A stretch of 24,000 nucleotides of DNA from Thermoplasmata archaeon (GTDB lineage Archaea > Thermoplasmatota > Thermoplasmata > Halarchaeoplasmatales > Halarchaeoplasmataceae). The translations under genes were made by a program, and so were the position numbers. Below are positions 6,528 through 13,877 of the stretch, one piece after another. The notes under the pieces were generated by a model, which was not told where the DNA came from, did no database searches, and worked only from the letters and a program-made list of their open reading frames with translations. The DNA lies in NCBI GenBank assembly GCA_003555395.1, contig PWHU01000064.1, positions 14,204 through 38,203 of the forward strand, given 5' to 3'. Position 1 is the first letter of the stretch, and every line of letters starts with the position of its first letter.

Positions 6528-9500
6528 ATGAAATCGACAAAAGTTGGTAAGATGGCTACCGCCTTGGCAGTGCTATTATTGGTACTGTCCGGGGTCGTTG
6601 TAGTCCAATGGAACGCCCAGCCTGTAGAAGCGACCGAGTCTGACAACCAGACCCACTCATATACTATAGAAGGGTTCTTAGATGCAGAAATATCCATCGA
6701 ATCGGATCTGGAGATAAAACTCAGAGATCTGAAAACCGGTGATATCGAAGAAAAACAAACCTCTGAGGATTTTTACGAATTCACTGGTATAAGAGCGGGA
6801 TGGTATGAGATAATATTCCCATCTCAGATTAAAGACGGGGCCGCCTACATGAGAAAAGAAACGGCTCCGATAAGAGTAGACGAAGATACAATACAGGACC
6901 TAGTGATCGATGCTGAACCACTCGATGTTACCATAGAGGGTTACATTTTTGATGAACACAACGAACCCATAGAAAACGCCGTAGTGACGATAGAAGATGT
7001 CGACCGCGGCTTTACTCACAGTGTGGAAACTCAAACAGTAACCGAGGACAACGAAACACTAAGCAAGTACGAGATGGAGATTTACGAAGGTTTCACAGGA
7101 AGATTGAAGGTTGAAAGAGATGGATATACGCCATATGTAAACCCCGACTTCTCTGTGGATGAAGACGATGTAGAGTATTATGACCTCACCGTGGATGTCG
7201 AAGGCGAAGGAACAGTGGATATCGATCCTGAACAAGAAGAATATGAAGAAGGTACAGAAGTGACTTTGAGCGCTATACCCGATGAGGGATGGTACTTTGA
7301 AGAATGGACAGGAGACTACGAAGGTACAGAGGAAGAGATCACCATAACCATGGACGAAGACAAAGAGATAACTGCGTGGTTCGAAGAGGAGGAAGAAGTC
7401 CCACCGATGTACGCGCTAACAGTAAACACGGAAGGCGAAGGAGAAGTCGAGATCGATCCTGAACAAGAAGAATACGAGGAAGGCACTGAAGTGAATTTGA
7501 GCGCTATACCCGATGAGGGATGGACATTCACAAATTGGACCGGCGATCACGAAGGAGAAGAAGAAAATATCACGATAACAATGGACGAAGACAAAGAAGT
7601 CACAGCCAATTTCGAAGAAGAAGAAGAAGCACCATACACTGTGGAGCAGGAAGACGGTAACTATTACAACGTGACCCTTTTCACGGAACCCGTTATCGAA
7701 GGGCGTCTTGTGGACGAAGATGATAGAGGTATAAGAGAAGTGATGGACATAACAATATACAACGAGGAAGTAGGGATATTTCAGAGGACTGACGAAGGAC
7801 CGACATTCAGGATAAGAGCACCTGCGAATTATGATTACACAATGGTTGTCGATGCTCCAGGGTACGAACCTCTTGTAAAAGAGATCGTTGACCTCCAAGG
7901 TACCGAAAAACTCGGGAGGCAGAGTGTAAATGCATCCGAGCCCGAAATGTTCGAGACGAACATGGAATTCGACGGCGTAGAAACACTCACGATCGATACC
8001 ACAAGAACACTCAATTCAGGAACTAGAATGAAGACCTTAGACTATTCCAACATAGGCTATTTGCCAATGCAGATCGATATCGCATTGGGTGACGGAGACC
8101 AAGCAGTAGGAGATGAAGAAATACGTGAATTCAGAGACAGACTCAACTACAGCGAAGCAAACATCCTCACAACGTTAGATGTCATAGAAGTGAACGATAC
8201 GATATATGAACTTGAAGATTACTCAGTTGAATTTGAAGGGTTGGAGAAATTAGGAGAGGACTTCACCGAACCTTTCGAAGGAGATATAACCGTAACAGCG
8301 GAGAGAGAATACAGTATCGTGGATGACGACCTGGATGAAGGATCTTACGTTGTAGATCTTTGGGTCAATCACGCTCATACCTACGGCAACAGGAGAGTAT
8401 TCAACTATACTTTAAGTGTCATAGATGGTTACGAGAGATACGACGTGAGCAGAGAGAACTCTTTAGAGATCATACCTGAAAACGTTGAAATCGATGGTTA
8501 CACCCACATGACTATAGATCCTCAATATATGGAAGAAGAAGAGACTTCCTATCTGGTCTTAGACCTGAGAGAATACGAAGAGGGCGATGTGAGTATATTC
8601 CTTGAAAGAGAACCTTGGATATTTGAAAGGGACGAAGACCACTACGTGATAAGAAAAGACAGCGAAGCGGAGATCAGATCTGTTTACGAAAATCCGATAA
8701 GCAAAGCGGTAAACTATACGTGGACTTTGGGCGGAGACGTGATAGGATACGGTGAAGATATAACTCACGCATTCAATGATACCGGAGAGATGACCCTCGC
8801 CGTGGAAGTAGAAGAGAGCAACGGAAGGTTCATCAGCAACGAAACTTTCGTCGTTGTCGACGACGAAGGTCCACAGGGAACGATAAAAGTGAGAGGAGAA
8901 GAAATACTAGAGAGCACTACAGCCGATGAAGGGGAAGAACTCAACTTCAGTGCAGAGAATTTTGTGGACGAAGCTACCGGCAACATAAGCATGTATCAGT
9001 GGAACTTCAGCGATGAAAGCGAACCAGTAAGCGGAGCGAACCTTACAAATGTGAATCATACTTTTGATATACCTGGTTCCTATAATGTAACGCTGAATGT
9101 TACTGATCCGGTAGGAAATTGGAACGAAGAGATGATAGTGATAAACGTCAATGATACCACAAAACCCAGTGTAGTCATCAGAACAGAGTGGAACGATGAA
9201 CATAGCTACGATTCTTACGTTGAACATGCTGATCTAAAGATAGGTACCAACGTTACTTTCAATGCGACGGAATCGGTTGCACATCCTGAGTACGAAGGTG
9301 AACTAGATAATTTCACATGGTGGATCGATGAACTCGAGATGAAAGAAGAAGGAGAGATATGGGAAAACGTCAGTTTTGATAGTGCTGGAGATTATACAGT
9401 TTGGGCTAATGTGACAGACGTATCTGGTAATTTCAGGAACGAGTCGGTAACAGTAAACATCCGTAGAGGACCAACCCCTAATCTCATGGTAGACGATCTC

Positions 9501-9941
9501 AGATTCTCAGAAGAAGATATAAGAGTCGGAGATACGGTTACCATCAGTGTGAATGTCACCAACCAGGGAGACGCAAACGCCACTCAGATAGACACTGTAT
9601 TGCGAGTAGATGATGAAAGAGTAGACGTCTCACCAGTATTCTTCAAAGATGGCGAAGAAATGAATCGAACACACATAGAACCTGGTGAAGAGGTCAGGAT
9701 AGACATTGAATGGGAACCGGAGAACGATGGAGAAATAGTTGTGAACGTGAACGTAACAGATGCCGAAGAAAGAGAACACCCAGAGCTACTATGGAATAAC
9801 GAAGTAGAAGAAACCGTAAATGTTGAACCCGCAGCTTGGAGAGAGTACGTGGTCTATGCGTTGATCCCGATAATCATAATCGGTGTCACAGTGGGACTGT
9901 ACTTCTACAAGGATAAGATCAAAGAGAAGATGGGGAAATAA
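6528..9941 (+). CDS. Large acidic secreted, C-terminally membrane-anchored surface (S-layer-like/adhesin-like) protein
   Basis: 1137 aa. It has an N-terminal signal-like helix (ALAVLLLVLSGVVVV) and carboxypeptidase-regulatory-like segments (VTIEGYIFDEHNEPIENAVVTIED...VERDGYTPYV; VIEGRLVDEDDRGI...DAPGYEPL). It also has two InlB-B-repeat-like copies and about three PKD-like domains (e.g. YQWNFSDESEPVSGANLTNVNHTFDIPGSYNVTLNVTD). A CARDB-like domain follows (PNLMVDDLRFSEEDIRVGDTVTISVNVTNQGDANA), then a C-terminal TM helix and basic tail (YALIPIIIIGVTVGLYFYKDKIKEKMGK). I counted 31 N-x-S/T sequons by hand. Confidence 0.8.
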   Translation: MKSTKVGKMATALAVLLLVLSGVVVVQWNAQPVEATESDNQTHSYTIEGFLDAEISIESDLEIKLRDLKTGDIEEKQTSEDFYEFTGIRAGWYEIIFPSQIKDGAAYMRKETAPIRVDEDTIQDLVIDAEPLDVTIEGYIFDEHNEPIENAVVTIEDVDRGFTHSVETQTVTEDNETLSKYEMEIYEGFTGRLKVERDGYTPYVNPDFSVDEDDVEYYDLTVDVEGEGTVDIDPEQEEYEEGTEVTLSAIPDEGWYFEEWTGDYEGTEEEITITMDEDKEITAWFEEEEEVPPMYALTVNTEGEGEVEIDPEQEEYEEGTEVNLSAIPDEGWTFTNWTGDHEGEEENITITMDEDKEVTANFEEEEEAPYTVEQEDGNYYNVTLFTEPVIEGRLVDEDDRGIREVMDITIYNEEVGIFQRTDEGPTFRIRAPANYDYTMVVDAPGYEPLVKEIVDLQGTEKLGRQSVNASEPEMFETNMEFDGVETLTIDTTRTLNSGTRMKTLDYSNIGYLPMQIDIALGDGDQAVGDEEIREFRDRLNYSEANILTTLDVIEVNDTIYELEDYSVEFEGLEKLGEDFTEPFEGDITVTAEREYSIVDDDLDEGSYVVDLWVNHAHTYGNRRVFNYTLSVIDGYERYDVSRENSLEIIPENVEIDGYTHMTIDPQYMEEEETSYLVLDLREYEEGDVSIFLEREPWIFERDEDHYVIRKDSEAEIRSVYENPISKAVNYTWTLGGDVIGYGEDITHAFNDTGEMTLAVEVEESNGRFISNETFVVVDDEGPQGTIKVRGEEILESTTADEGEELNFSAENFVDEATGNISMYQWNFSDESEPVSGANLTNVNHTFDIPGSYNVTLNVTDPVGNWNEEMIVINVNDTTKPSVVIRTEWNDEHSYDSYVEHADLKIGTNVTFNATESVAHPEYEGELDNFTWWIDELEMKEEGEIWENVSFDSAGDYTVWANVTDVSGNFRNESVTVNIRRGPTPNLMVDDLRFSEEDIRVGDTVTISVNVTNQGDANATQIDTVLRVDDERVDVSPVFFKDGEEMNRTHIEPGEEVRIDIEWEPENDGEIVVNVNVTDAEEREHPELLWNNEVEETVNVEPAAWREYVVYALIPIIIIGVTVGLYFYKDKIKEKMGK
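7179..7640 (+). repeat. Tandem 231-nt (77-aa) duplication inside the surface-protein gene
   Basis: Copy 1 spans 7179-7409 (YDLTVDVEGEGTVDIDPEQEEYEEGTEVTLSAIPDEGWYFEEWTGDYEGTEEEITITMDEDKEITAWFEEEEEVPPM). Copy 2 spans 7410-7640 (YALTVNTEGEGEVEIDPEQEEYEEGTEVNLSAIPDEGWTFTNWTGDHEGEEENITITMDEDKEVTANFEEEEEAPYT). Long runs of identical nucleotides occur, e.g. gatcgatcctgaacaagaagaata and tgagcgctatacccgatgagggatgg. Confidence 0.9.
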
Positions 9942-9960
9942 AAGCTACAATCTAAAAAAC

Positions 9961-9975
9961 CTTTTCTTTTTTTCT
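9961..9975 (+). terminator. Oligo-T tract in the 37-bp convergent gap (surface-protein gene / argS)
   Basis: cttttctttttttct follows the stop at 9941. An A6 run at 9953-9958 gives an oligo-T on the minus strand downstream of argS. Confidence 0.4.
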
Positions 9976-9978
9976 ATA

Positions 9979-11667
9979 TTACATCTTTTTTGGCTTTTGT
10001 ATGCCTAAAGTTTGTAAAACACTGCCCATAGCAAATTTGAAACTTTTCACTATAGCTATCCGTTTAATCTTCTTTTCCTCAGAGTGAAGTACGGGGTAAT
10101 CTCTATAGAACTGATTGAACTCCGCAGCGAGTTTATGAGCGTATTTTGCCATTGTATGAGGAGAATTATTTTCCACCGCATCTCTCAATTCTCGTGGAAA
10201 TTCTGATATCCTTTTCATCAAAGTTATCTCTCCATCTTCAAAATCTTGAAGATCTGATGATCCTATATCTAATCGATTATCCCCCCATTTCCTCAAGATA
10301 CTGTTCGCTCTTGTGTGGCTGTATTGTAGGAAAGGTGCACTGTTTCCTTCAAAATCTAGAGCGTCGTCCCAAACAAAATCGATTGGTTTCTGGGGTTGTA
10401 CTTTTATGATGTTGTATCTGACCGCCCCCATACCTATCTTTTCAGATATCGAATCTAATTCGTCCGTACTGACTTCTTTTCTTTTCTTTATCTCCTCTTT
10501 AGCTTTTTCATGAGCCGTATCCATGAAATTATCCAATGTCACGTAAGTTCCCTTACGAGTGGACATCTCCTGCCCTTCAAAAGTAACGAACGAGTGAAAA
10601 ACTATATGAGGTATTGGACTTACATCTAAATCTTTTAACACGCTCTGTACAAATTCCCCATGGAGCTTATGATCCTCGCCCAATACGTTTAATAGATGAT
10701 CGGCGCGTTCGGCTTTCCAGATGTGGTAAGCGATATCTCTAGCAGGATACAAACTGGTTCCGTTCTTTCGGGCCACGAATGTTTTATTATCTTCTTTTTC
10801 ATAATATAAGGCTCCGTCTTCCTCTCCTGAGTTTTTCAGTTCTGATACTTTTTTTATCACCTCTTCAACGGAGCCATCTACTATCAGAGATGATTCGGTT
10901 TTATAACTATCTAGATTGATTTCTAACCGCTCTAAAGATTTCGCTATACCTTTCATTATCTTTTGTGCGGTGTTCTTGAAATGTTGTAATATGTCTTCGT
11001 CACCTTTTTCCATGGATCTTATGATTTCCTGGATATCTTCCTCTATACTCTCGTCTTCTTCCAATAATTTATTCGCCATCTGGTAATACCGTACAAGATT
11101 ATGATCGGCTTTTTTTCTCTCTGCCGTGGGGAGATCTTTTTCATCAAGATTTAAAGTCCCCCATACTAAGATCGCGATCTGACGTCCTATATCATTCACG
11201 TAATACTGTTTTTCGACTTCATAGCCCGACTTTTCATACATCCGTGCTAAAGTATCTCCTATGATAGGATTTCTAGCTCGTCCCACGTGTAAAGGACCGT
11301 TAGGATTGGCGCTAGTATGTTCTACTATTATTTTTTCCGACTTGGGAGACAGTTCACCAAAACTTTCTTCTTTCTCAAGACAAGACAATATCGTCTCTCT
11401 AGCTAGATGTGAGCCGTCTATCTTAAAATTCACATAAGGTCCCGAACTCTCCACTGTTCCAAAGTCCATTTCTATTTTAGTGCTCAGCTCTTCGGCTATC
11501 TTTTTTGGATCCTTTTTGAGTACTCTAGCTAGAGAATAGCAAGGTAGGGCGTAATCACCTCTCTCCTCTGACGGGACCTCGATCTCGATCATATCTTCAG
11601 ATATGTCCAAGACTTTCTTGGTTTTATCGATTATCTCATCCTGGAAGTCGAGTATCACGTATCCCAT
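9979..11667 (-). CDS. argS: Arginine--tRNA ligase
   Basis: 562 aa. It has HTSANPNGPLHVGRARNPIIGD (the HIGH-region signature of ArgRS), EMSTRKG (the KMSKS-equivalent), and a C-terminal DALR anticodon-binding-like region (FLQYSHTRANSILRK). Confidence 0.95.
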   Translation of the reverse strand: MGYVILDFQDEIIDKTKKVLDISEDMIEIEVPSEERGDYALPCYSLARVLKKDPKKIAEELSTKIEMDFGTVESSGPYVNFKIDGSHLARETILSCLEKEESFGELSPKSEKIIVEHTSANPNGPLHVGRARNPIIGDTLARMYEKSGYEVEKQYYVNDIGRQIAILVWGTLNLDEKDLPTAERKKADHNLVRYYQMANKLLEEDESIEEDIQEIIRSMEKGDEDILQHFKNTAQKIMKGIAKSLERLEINLDSYKTESSLIVDGSVEEVIKKVSELKNSGEEDGALYYEKEDNKTFVARKNGTSLYPARDIAYHIWKAERADHLLNVLGEDHKLHGEFVQSVLKDLDVSPIPHIVFHSFVTFEGQEMSTRKGTYVTLDNFMDTAHEKAKEEIKKRKEVSTDELDSISEKIGMGAVRYNIIKVQPQKPIDFVWDDALDFEGNSAPFLQYSHTRANSILRKWGDNRLDIGSSDLQDFEDGEITLMKRISEFPRELRDAVENNSPHTMAKYAHKLAAEFNQFYRDYPVLHSEEKKIKRIAIVKSFKFAMGSVLQTLGIQKPKKM

Positions 11668-11676
11668 CTTTGAACC

Positions 11677-12903
11677 TCAGTTTATCCTGTAACGGAGCAA
11701 CGCCGCTACACCGCCAAAAGCATTCTTTAGTAGTTCGCCCTCTTCAGATTCGCTGGAAATCAATTTTACCTCGCTTCCCACCTCTTCCGCCATCTCATAG
11801 AGAAGCTCGATGATATCCTTTTTATCCGATGTCTCCAGTTCTGAATCGCAGTTAGGGCAGGAAAGCTCTTTTTTTCTCAGCTTTCCTTCGACGGTCATGT
11901 CCTCTTCGTAACTACAATCCGGACATCCAACTTTCACCTTTTGTTTGTTTATACCTTCAGATACGAGTAAAGTCTCAACTGCTCCCATCCTTAAAGCCCT
12001 CATCACTTCTTCCTCGCCGTAACTTGCCATCCCTCCATTAGGGTTCTTGATCTCTTCCATCAATTTATTTATCAACTTCTTTTCCTTCATGACCTCTAGT
12101 TCAGACAGAGTTTCTTTAGCGTTCTCCATCAATTCTTTAAGGCCATATTCGTCCGTATAGCCTGTATTGAAAGTGTCTATAATCTTGTTCTCTAATTCGT
12201 GATGTAAAAATCCGCCGTCTATGAAGTCGTCTTTAGTTCTACCGGGGCCGCCTACCAAAAGACCATCGACCTCCTCCTCTAGAAGGAGCCCGTTAGCTTT
12301 GTCCGCCAACCTTTTAAAGTATTCTTGGGCCGCTATCTCTATCCTCCTCTCGAATCTCTGCTGAGAGAAACCACCCTTAGTGTGCTTGCTTGGAACCATG
12401 GACTGCAGGTGCTGAAGAGTTTCCACCCTATTTCCTCTCAATATTCCGATGGTAGCTTCGCTTCGATCGAGAACTATCAGCCCGTACTTTTCCCTTTCGC
12501 CTATCATCTCCTTCAGGGGTTCAACGTAAAATTCGGAGTCGCACCGATAGGTGAAAGTTTCTATCTCCCTTGGGGGCTCTAGGGTCTTAGAGACCATCTC
12601 GGTTTTGTCTCCACTAGCCGAAACATGGCCCACGAAAAAGACCATCCCTTTCTCGGGAGGTTTGTCCAAATATTTTAGTTTGGACATTATGGATCTCAAC
12701 GCTGCCTGCACGTGCTTCCTAGTGGATTTTGACTTGATATTTGAACTCTCAGACATCTCCTCGTTCAGGTAGGAAGTCACGTCAGAGATGCTTCTATCAG
12801 GGGGTACGTAGAGCGAGATTAGCTCGGTACCCCTTCCCTTGAGATCTTTGATCTCCTCTATGGCTTTTTTGAAATCGTATTCGTCTTTCTTTGTCATCTC
12901 CAT
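11677..12903 (-). CDS. prf1: Peptide chain release factor aRF1 (class I, eRF1 family), with GGF in place of GGQ
   Basis: 408 aa. It has NIKS (SSNIKSKSTRK), YxCxxxF (YRCDSEF), central-domain KHTKGGFSQQRFERR, a 4-Cys insertion in the C-terminal domain (CPDCS...CPNCD), and the end sequence FGGVAALLRY. It lies 9 nt upstream of argS on the same strand. Confidence 0.9.
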   Translation of the reverse strand: MEMTKKDEYDFKKAIEEIKDLKGRGTELISLYVPPDRSISDVTSYLNEEMSESSNIKSKSTRKHVQAALRSIMSKLKYLDKPPEKGMVFFVGHVSASGDKTEMVSKTLEPPREIETFTYRCDSEFYVEPLKEMIGEREKYGLIVLDRSEATIGILRGNRVETLQHLQSMVPSKHTKGGFSQQRFERRIEIAAQEYFKRLADKANGLLLEEEVDGLLVGGPGRTKDDFIDGGFLHHELENKIIDTFNTGYTDEYGLKELMENAKETLSELEVMKEKKLINKLMEEIKNPNGGMASYGEEEVMRALRMGAVETLLVSEGINKQKVKVGCPDCSYEEDMTVEGKLRKKELSCPNCDSELETSDKKDIIELLYEMAEEVGSEVKLISSESEEGELLKNAFGGVAALLRYRIN

Positions 12904-12964
12904 GGTACCAGATATACTCCTTCACAGGAATGGGAGATTAAAAAGCTTTCGTGGTTTTCGGTAA

Positions 12965-12990
12965 CCAAAAAAACGGGCCTGTGGGGATTC
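12965..12990. repeat. Direct repeat copy A: duplicate of the last 17 nt of tRNA-Lys plus its oligo-T tract
   Basis: ccaaaaaaacgggcctgtggggattc is identical to 13072-13096 apart from one extra A in the homopolymer. Confidence 0.9.
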
Positions 12991-12995
12991 CAGTC

Positions 12996-13022
12996 AGAAT
13001 TTCTCATAGTGTTCGAAATTCT
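12996..13022. repeat. Perfect 8-bp inverted repeat with an 11-nt spacer (AGAATTTC-N11-GAAATTCT) inside the 81-bp insert
   Basis: Read directly from the sequence: agaatttc tcatagtgttc gaaattct. Confidence 0.8.
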
Positions 13023-13030
13023 AACAGCTC

Positions 13031-13047
13031 GTCAATCATAGATTGAC
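13031..13047. repeat. Perfect 17-bp palindrome/hairpin (GTCAATC-ATA-GATTGAC) inside the 81-bp insert
   Basis: Read directly from the sequence: gtcaatc ata gattgac. Confidence 0.8.
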
Positions 13048-13071
13048 TCACGAACCCAAGGGTCCTCATCC

Positions 13072-13096
13072 CCAAAAAACGGGCCTGTGGGGATTC
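13072..13096. repeat. Direct repeat copy B: authentic 3' end of tRNA-Lys plus oligo-T tract
   Basis: ccaaaaaacgggcctgtggggattc. Positions 13080-13096 are the discriminator, the 3' acceptor strand, the 3' T-stem strand and 4 nt of the T-loop. Confidence 0.9.
13074..13079 (-). terminator. Oligo-T (T6 on the minus strand) immediately after the tRNA-Lys discriminator base
   Basis: The minus strand reads ...CAGGCCCGTTTTTT. T-runs are the usual archaeal termination signal. Confidence 0.5.
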
Positions 13097-13153
13097 GAAC
13101 CCCAGACCAATCGGTTAAGAGCCGATCGCTCCACCTGGCTGAGCTACAGGCCC
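13080..13153 (-). tRNA. tRNA-Lys (anticodon CUU), 74 nt, no encoded CCA, no intron
   Basis: The minus strand folds by hand as GGGCCTG TA GCTC AGCCAGGTG GAGC G ATCGG CTCTTAA CCGAT TGGTC TGGGG TTCGAAT CCCCA CAGGCCC G. This gives a perfect 7-bp acceptor stem, 4-bp D stem, 5-bp anticodon stem and 5-bp T stem, a TTCGAAT T-loop, and an anticodon loop C-T-CTT-A-A. Confidence 0.92.
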
Positions 13154-13178
13154 ATGTGGAAAGCGATGACTCGGGTCG

Positions 13179-13192
13179 ATATAAATATTTTT
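13179..13192 (-). promoter_or_regulatory. Putative BRE/TATA for tRNA-Lys
   Basis: The minus strand reads AAAAATATTTATAT, followed by 25 nt to the first tRNA base. This is the expected archaeal TATA spacing. Confidence 0.5.
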
Positions 13193-13276
13193 ACCCTGCT
13201 GTTAGTTGTTCGCCAAAATCTTTTTATATCTTGTAAGAGCTATATTGTCATACAAAATGTCAGACATGGTGGGTCA

Positions 13277-13828
13277 ATGGGAAAAAAACTGCCAAAATAT
13301 CTCAAGGAAGATGAAGTCCGGAAGTTGTTGAACGCCCCCGAGCGAAGGAAGATACGGGATAGATTGATACTGCGTATTTTGTACCGGTGTGGGCTTAGAG
13401 TATCGGAACTTACTTCTTTAAGGATCCAAGATATAGATTTTGACGAAGGCCTTGTGACCGTAAGAGGAGGAAAAGGAGACAAAGACAGGATAGTACCTAT
13501 AGATGATGAAACTTTGGACCTTGTACAGTTGTATAAAGGAGACGAAGAAAAAGGGGTACTGATCCTTTCTCAGCGCGGTAATGCTTTATCTACTAGACAG
13601 ATCGAAAGGTTGGTCAAAAAGTACGCGAACAAAGCCGATATAAGCAAGAACGTGTATCCCCATATGTTGAGACACAGCTTTGCGGTCCACTGCTTGAAAT
13701 CCGGTATGAACCTACGTAGTGTACAAAAGATGCTGGGACATTCATCCTTAACCACTACCCAGATATATCTTGATCTGACAGGCGAGGACGTCAAAAAGGA
13801 TTACGAAGAACATCCTCTTCCGGCCTAA
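13277..13828 (+). CDS. Tyrosine recombinase/integrase, short form (catalytic domain only, about 183 aa)
   Basis: The catalytic set is intact: R in CGLRVSEL, K in GKGDKDR, HMLRHS (H-x-x-R), GHSS, and Y in TTQIYLD. The ORF-track start (13043) runs through the tRNA gene, so I use the first ATG beyond it (13277), which has GGTGGG just upstream. Confidence 0.85.
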   Translation: MGKKLPKYLKEDEVRKLLNAPERRKIRDRLILRILYRCGLRVSELTSLRIQDIDFDEGLVTVRGGKGDKDRIVPIDDETLDLVQLYKGDEEKGVLILSQRGNALSTRQIERLVKKYANKADISKNVYPHMLRHSFAVHCLKSGMNLRSVQKMLGHSSLTTTQIYLDLTGEDVKKDYEEHPLPA

Positions 13829-13877
13829 AACTTATATCTGTCTGACGGATTACTTTTTTAGTCATATATGTGATAAC

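Noticed and set aside
7316-9583. Several minus-strand ORFs inside the surface-protein gene (e.g. 7416-7898, 8907-9227)
   Set aside because: They have the Ser/Phe/Val/Cys-rich composition typical of antisense reading of GAA/GAT-rich acidic coding sequence. The plus-strand frame is continuous over 1137 codons with recognisable domains.
11254-11301. ArgRS HIGH region reads HVGR (LHVGRARN) rather than H-x-G-H
   Set aside because: The class I signature motifs of ArgRS are known to be degenerate (the KMSKS motif especially). I have a vague recollection that some archaeal ArgRS share this variant. Without an alignment I cannot show it is unusual, so I do not raise it as a finding.
12965-13153. Possibility that the duplicated tRNA 3' fragment marks a split, permuted or intron-containing second tRNA
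   Set aside because: The sequence upstream of copy A has no 5' T-stem strand (no TGGGG), no anticodon arm and no 5' acceptor strand. Only the terminal 17 nt are present, so it is a fragment and not a tRNA half with a partner.
13043-13276. N-terminal 78 codons of the 261-aa ORF-track entry for the recombinase
   Set aside because: This stretch reads through the tRNA-Lys gene and its promoter on the opposite strand. The translation (MTHEPKGPHPQKTGLWGFEPQTNRLRADRS...) is simply antisense tRNA sequence. The recognisable recombinase sequence begins only after the ATG at 13277.
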